A stretch of DNA of 64,000 nt, taken from the NCBI GenBank assembly GCA_029717555.1, contig JAMDHS010000019.1, positions 62,001-126,000 of the forward strand. The letters are read 5' to 3'. Positions 60,401 through 64,000 of the stretch are shown piece after piece (positions within the stretch are counted from its first letter, which is position 1; the number at the start of each line of letters is the position of its first letter). A program made the translations under genes and the position numbers. This DNA is from Peribolospora baueri. Lineage: Eukaryota. The notes beneath the pieces were generated by a model. The model ran no database searches, was not told where the DNA came from, and saw nothing but the letters and a program-made list of their open reading frames with translations.

Positions 60401-61025
60401 AAGCGCTGGCGATGTTGACGCTCGTGTTTGCGGCGCTCGAGTCGGTGGGCTTTGGGGCACTCATGAGAGGCAGAGTACCTCCGTTAGCTCTGCGGGCTTT
60501 TAAAGCCGCGTAACGCTGTGCTGCTGTCTCTGGCTGGGGCGGGTTGGGGTCGTGGAGGTTAGCCGCCGGAGGACCGAGACCCAAGGCGTTGTCGTGCGGA
60601 TGTAGGTGAGAGAAGTCATCGCTCTGATCGTGACCTTGACCTCCTGAGAGACGTCGGGGTACGTCTGCGCTGGATGGGCTGCCGCTGGCGCCCACCGCGG
60701 CGCGACCGCGGTCGCCGCTGTTTGGAGCGCCGTAGGCGTAGCTAACCTGAGGTGTATGGGTAGAGACTCTCTCGCGTCGTCGTGCTGTGTTGGTGGACGT
60801 AGTGGAGGTGACCGATACGGGAGAACCGGGCGGCTGGGAGGGATGAGTACTTGACCGAAGCGATCGGCCCGTGGCGTTGGACGCTGCGGACGCTTGTGAG
60901 CGAGCGTCGTCTTCTGCCGCTGCTTCGTCTCCTTCGCCAGGACCGCCCCCAGGCAAGCCCAGGGTAAAGGTGCGGTAAGACTTCCTGCGACTACCGCGCG
61001 AGGCCTTTGGCGAACTGGTGAACAT
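57417..61025 (-). CDS. SUN-domain (Sad1/UNC-84) inner nuclear membrane protein; extra 5' exons are possible
   Basis: Disordered N-terminus with basic NLS-like clusters, hydrophobic segments at about 59240-59460 and coiled coils. The C-terminal SUN domain reads PDYALYTGGAHIIPSATSPTY...PPVTALHPDTNVGSCWPFRGETGQLGIALSRRIVVTDITIDHV...APKDFEIWG...VKVTSNHGNPEMTCLYRVRVHG. Confidence 0.95.
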   Translation of the reverse strand: MFTSSPKASRGSRRKSYRTFTLGLPGGGPGEGDEAAAEDDARSQASAASNATGRSLRSSTHPSQPPGSPVSVTSTTSTNTARRRERVSTHTPQVSYAYGAPNSGDRGRAAVGASGSPSSADVPRRLSGGQGHDQSDDFSHLHPHDNALGLGPPAANLHDPNPPQPETAAQRYAALKARRANGGTLPLMSAPKPTDSSAANTSVNIASAFNGWTGTGANATRAPVSVGSTSTSRSRGGHNGAASSRNGRAADPLDGDESADPIDLIDVDPPADWEGETTSMRQPLEPATFYVRQRSSLSPHPPAPGEEEDNSKSYDYTEEERYAASLEREAREKPTGQGWSGSWLSFLHSPTSRAEPDYEPSEGGGSARRKKGRTSFDNRTYRPRADEESDDDDVLSDEGRRRRRRKSQPGLGPLPSGRIPDWHKGRKKRKSGGKRNSQGGEGDDEEDVPTDEGASAEFAVSSSLARRGTPKGKSRKVALVDSGVEIPSGVDDYSADTSVDNVAEYDDEPLDEEPDLVGGSLGRLLRSVCLFFYVILTSIFYVIYRLLAVTLHYTLGLPVLLFARMGNMTKTQLSLVNWKRIFNLVGVILLAILVVGLLSQPRDATSLSRTNQLKALLPSIPFFGTPKVWSAPEVPPETLAELVERLTSLEHSMAELALLERDSREKLELSDRSAAGIVKRVAKLEGSIDDVQRRMREADKRLENAQKRDFSRVEQAIEAVKSQFAKLSSQVDEVGAGHRASATNVAKLNAEVDKLQEELANVGSQVVEHAAKVSVTLDAERVASIAVKAIEDYLPSRLAVRMDAKSGEIEIDPAFWTHLRQVFLSREEADLATKPSRGGTPAPPPSWNNFLAANEAALRTWADAELSRKVNSGAVVSRQAFLDVLHREMKTLKTDFETKVNENVQSIGREFLAKAARQEQVHQGGRGASTGSKWHLPGFGGSHEEGDLDVTIKTSDGQNITALISSLVESALRRHAADVVARPDYALYTGGAHIIPSATSPTYAMRPRGIMGSLFGSATGMGVIQGRPPVTALHPDTNVGSCWPFRGETGQLGIALSRRIVVTDITIDHVAKENAYDLTTAPKDFEIWGVLEREEDVHAVERYHQRLAESTSANDASLDSGAGSGEPQLIPIPPRPDHVLLAQFTYDPSDESSVQTFSVRQAVRELGIPMGVVIVKVTSNHGNPEMTCLYRVRVHGEDLIGK

Positions 61026-62644
61026 GTGCTCGTGGGGACGATCGCGTGACGGGGGGTGACTGTCCTCTGTACAGAAGCGAGCCGACTTTCAGTCGCGCTC
61101 GCACAAGTGGCCACCAGGGGAGAATTGGTGTGTTGAAGGGGAGAACGCGCCAAGCGAGCTACGCGTGGAAAGAAGGACAAATTGAAGGTTCAGTCGGTCG
61201 TCACTTGCACCGTGTAGCCTGCTGACCATACAAGAACGGCGCTACTTCTGATCGCCGGCGCGCGTCGCAAGTAGGAAAGGAGGCACTCTCACCTCTTTAC
61301 TCGAGAACTGCGCGTTGCAGCTGGCTTGTGGTGAACGAATATTGAAAACTTGGATGTAGACGAGGTGGATGGCTCGCTGGAAGACGAGTGGATGTTCGTG
61401 AATACTTGTCTCTGCGATGGTGGACGACAGGGGCTGCGAGCTGCTGGAGACGGGAAGGGCCGATATTGACGACGCGACTTTTGGCGTGGCACCCTCAGAT
61501 CAACCGCAGCAGCTTTCAAGTCCCCACGCATAAAGCGATGGACCGATACTAGACCTTGTTGTTAATTAACACGGTCCCCATCAAATTTGCTCTTCGCGCG
61601 GCCCGATGCGGCTGCTCAGGACGAGAAGGATGGATGAATGGATGAATGTATGAATGGATGGATGGATGGATGGGCTTTGCAGCACGACAGACGATGGGGA
61701 CATTCTGCCACGTCCTTGGGGCACGGACGAGGTCGCACCACATGCGCACGAAGAAAAAGCAGGTCGTTCCACCGCTGAGCCGCATCGGTGAAGGAACCAG
61801 CTCGTCATTCGCGTTCTGCAAACCGGTGTTCTCATGAACCGCTGCCGGATACGGTCACGTCTGGTCAAGGGCAGCGCGCGAGGCTGGGTTGTCGCCGCTC
61901 CGCAGCCTGACTGTCTTTCCACTGCGCACGTTTGGCAAGGGTCGCCAAAGGCCAAGCCTGGATATATCAGGCACCACGGTCTAAGCAGCTGGAAACGGAG
62001 GCATCTGAGCGTTGTAAGCGGAACAGGAAGAAGAACAGAGCCTCTAACTTCTGCTTCTCTGAATGGCATGAACGGGTTGGGGTCCTTTGCGAGGTACAAA
62101 AAGGCTTGACCAGCCTCCAGCTTTAGGCTATTAAACCAGGGAGTACAGGTGAAGAGGTCATGGCAAAGGGCAAGATCGTCAAGTGCACCCAATGACGATA
62201 GAAAACGAGGTGATGGAGACCTGCCTTTGTTCCGAGCGCCCGAACGTCCTCAGACGTCCACCGGCGGAAGGAACGGACGGCCAGTCTCTTCGTGGAGTGG
62301 CTCGGATCGAACTGACAAATGCCAGGTAGCCCAGGCGGAATATAGCTGAATCTGTTTGATATAAACCTGTAGAACGTCAGTTCGATTGTGCTTCTGCGAA
62401 GGCTCTTTGCGACAAGCGGGAAGAGTTGCAATGTCAGCCGAAAAAGAGGCTCGCCCCATTGCGTCAGTCGCCGCGAAACATGTGGACGTTTCGAGATGCC
62501 CTGCCTGCACGTAAAATATGTGCATGCGTGGAATCAGACAGATGCGTAGAAGCTTGCGCGAACGGCGAGCCGTTTGGAGCGCGGAGTTGCGTGTCTGATG
62601 GAGCTGGAAAGAGTGGCGAGCGTTCGGATCGGGAAGGCGCTCTC

Positions 62645-62805
62645 ACCATTTCCACGTCCACGTCGTCCATCCGGCCGACTCGATCGGATCGACCCGGCGA
62701 AGTGCGGACGAAACGGAGCGGAGTCCCTTCTGGAAACGTGGCACCCTGCTGGCAAGCTGCGGCAAACGGGGAAGCGTGAGCTGGCACGGAGAGGGATCTT
62801 CCTGG
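62645..62805 (+). promoter_or_regulatory. Candidate heat-shock/UPR elements upstream of KAR2
   Basis: TTCTGGAAAC (inverted nGAAn pair) overlaps ACGTGGC at about 62728-62742, and tandem CCACGT cores lie at about 62652-62665. KAR2 promoters are known to carry an HSE and a UPRE. The motifs are short, so the assignment is tentative. Confidence 0.35.
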
Positions 62806-63176
62806 AGCTTTAAGCAGAGCCAGCGAAGCGCACCGTTGTTTCCTGCTTACCACCACCACCCCCCATCTTTCTTTCGTCTTCTTCGCCTTCTCCTGTGGCG
62901 TTGTCGACCACTTTCTCGTTTTCCTTCTTGCCACCCTTGGACGAACGAGCATACGCACCCGGAGCACGCCGTCCTTGTCTTCCTCCTATTCGCTACGACA
63001 AGCGCGAGAGTGTCTAGTGAGTGGGTGGCGACCATCTCCAGCGTCTCCGTCTCTTGACATGAGAAGTTGATGTGGAGCTTTCGCATGGCGCTGGCAGGTT
63101 TGCTGACGTTGCACTCCTGACCGCCTTCTACCGGATACAGCCGTCGTTGACGCCCAACCCGCACTACAACCCCATA

Positions 63177-64000
63177 ATGGCGTACACCGCTAGGCCCAAG
63201 GTGGCCAAGCGACCGGCGGCCTCCAGGCCTCGGTCCTTCCTCTCCATCCTCGGTGTCTGCGCCCTCCTCCTTCTTGCCCTCCTCTCCATGGGCATGATTG
63301 GTGGCGCCGTCAAAGCTCAGGACGACAAGGAGAGCGTTGGCACTGTGAGTTTTCGTCTCTTCATCGCCCGGCGCGTTGGCCACCCTGCGCATCGATTCGT
63401 GGATGGCTGATCATTATCGACCCATTTTTGATTTGCTCTGCTTGTCGTGGCAATAACAGGTTATTGGTATCGACTTGTGAGCATATATATCATCCCTCTC
63501 TTCTCTCCTGAACCTCGTCGTGCTGACGCTCTCTCTCTTTTCCCTTTTCCCAGGGGAACCACCTACTCTTGCGTTGGTGTTCAGCGCCAGGGACGTGTAG
63601 ACATCATCGCCAACGATCAGGGTAACCGTATCACTCCTTCCTACGTCGCCTTCACCGATGAGGAGCGCCTCATCGGTGACGCCGCCAAGAACCAGGCAGC
63701 ACAGAACCCGGAGAACACCGTCTTCGACGCCAAGCGACTCATCGGTCGCAAGACGAATGAGAAGGAGGTCCAGGCTGACCTGAAGCACTACCCCTTCAAG
63801 GTGAGCTACTTATATCTGCGCGGTTTTCCTTACGTGGAGAAGAGTGGTCGCTGATCATTTCCTGGTAACGTTCGCATTTTCGCAGATCGTCGACCAGAAG
63901 GGCAAGCCCGGAATCGAGATTGAGTACAAGGGCGAGAAGCGCCAGTTCTCTCCGGAAGAGGTCAGCGCCATGGTGCTCAGCAAGATGAAGGAGACTGCCG
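63177..64000 (+). CDS. KAR2: ER Hsp70 chaperone BiP/Kar2, N-terminal part (continues beyond the window)
   Basis: Signal-peptide-like N-terminus, then [17 protein letters not shown] (17-nt micro-exon 63460-63476), [43 protein letters not shown] and [18 protein letters not shown]. Probable 5'-UTR intron at 63017-63140. Confidence 0.96.

Overview
This is eukaryotic, GC-rich, intron-containing and microsatellite-rich fungal DNA, most likely from a basidiomycete (GT-AG introns of about 80-430 nt, GTGAGT/GTAAGT/GTGCGT donors). Splicing the ORF fragments by hand gives about 18 protein genes. Recognisable ones are the 3' part of EFL1/RIA1, RIX7/NVL AAA-ATPase, FCY1 cytosine deaminase, an EFM2-like methyltransferase, a BQT4-like APSES/KilA-N membrane protein, a PPS1-like dual-specificity phosphatase, a small ankyrin protein, NTH1 neutral trehalase, PAM18, a SUN-domain protein and the 5' part of KAR2/BiP. 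There are also two giant low-complexity proteins (one ending in an MDR domain) and a putative mitochondrial protein. The most interesting items are split by introns in the ORF track: (1) a tail-anchored coiled-coil protein carrying a HAP1/TRAK-like 'CC1-box' dynein-adaptor motif across a splice junction, next to BQT4 and in the same window as SUN and KAR2; (2) a 109-aa, 13-Cys metallothionein-like protein in 3 exons; (3) a 57-aa Cys/His micro-protein in 4 exons with a 17-nt micro-exon; and (4) a 76-aa hydrophilic micro-protein with a perfect CRE palindrome upstream. I recognised no rRNA, tRNA, CRISPR array or transposon. All gene models and family calls come from reading the sequence and from memory of the families; no database search was run.
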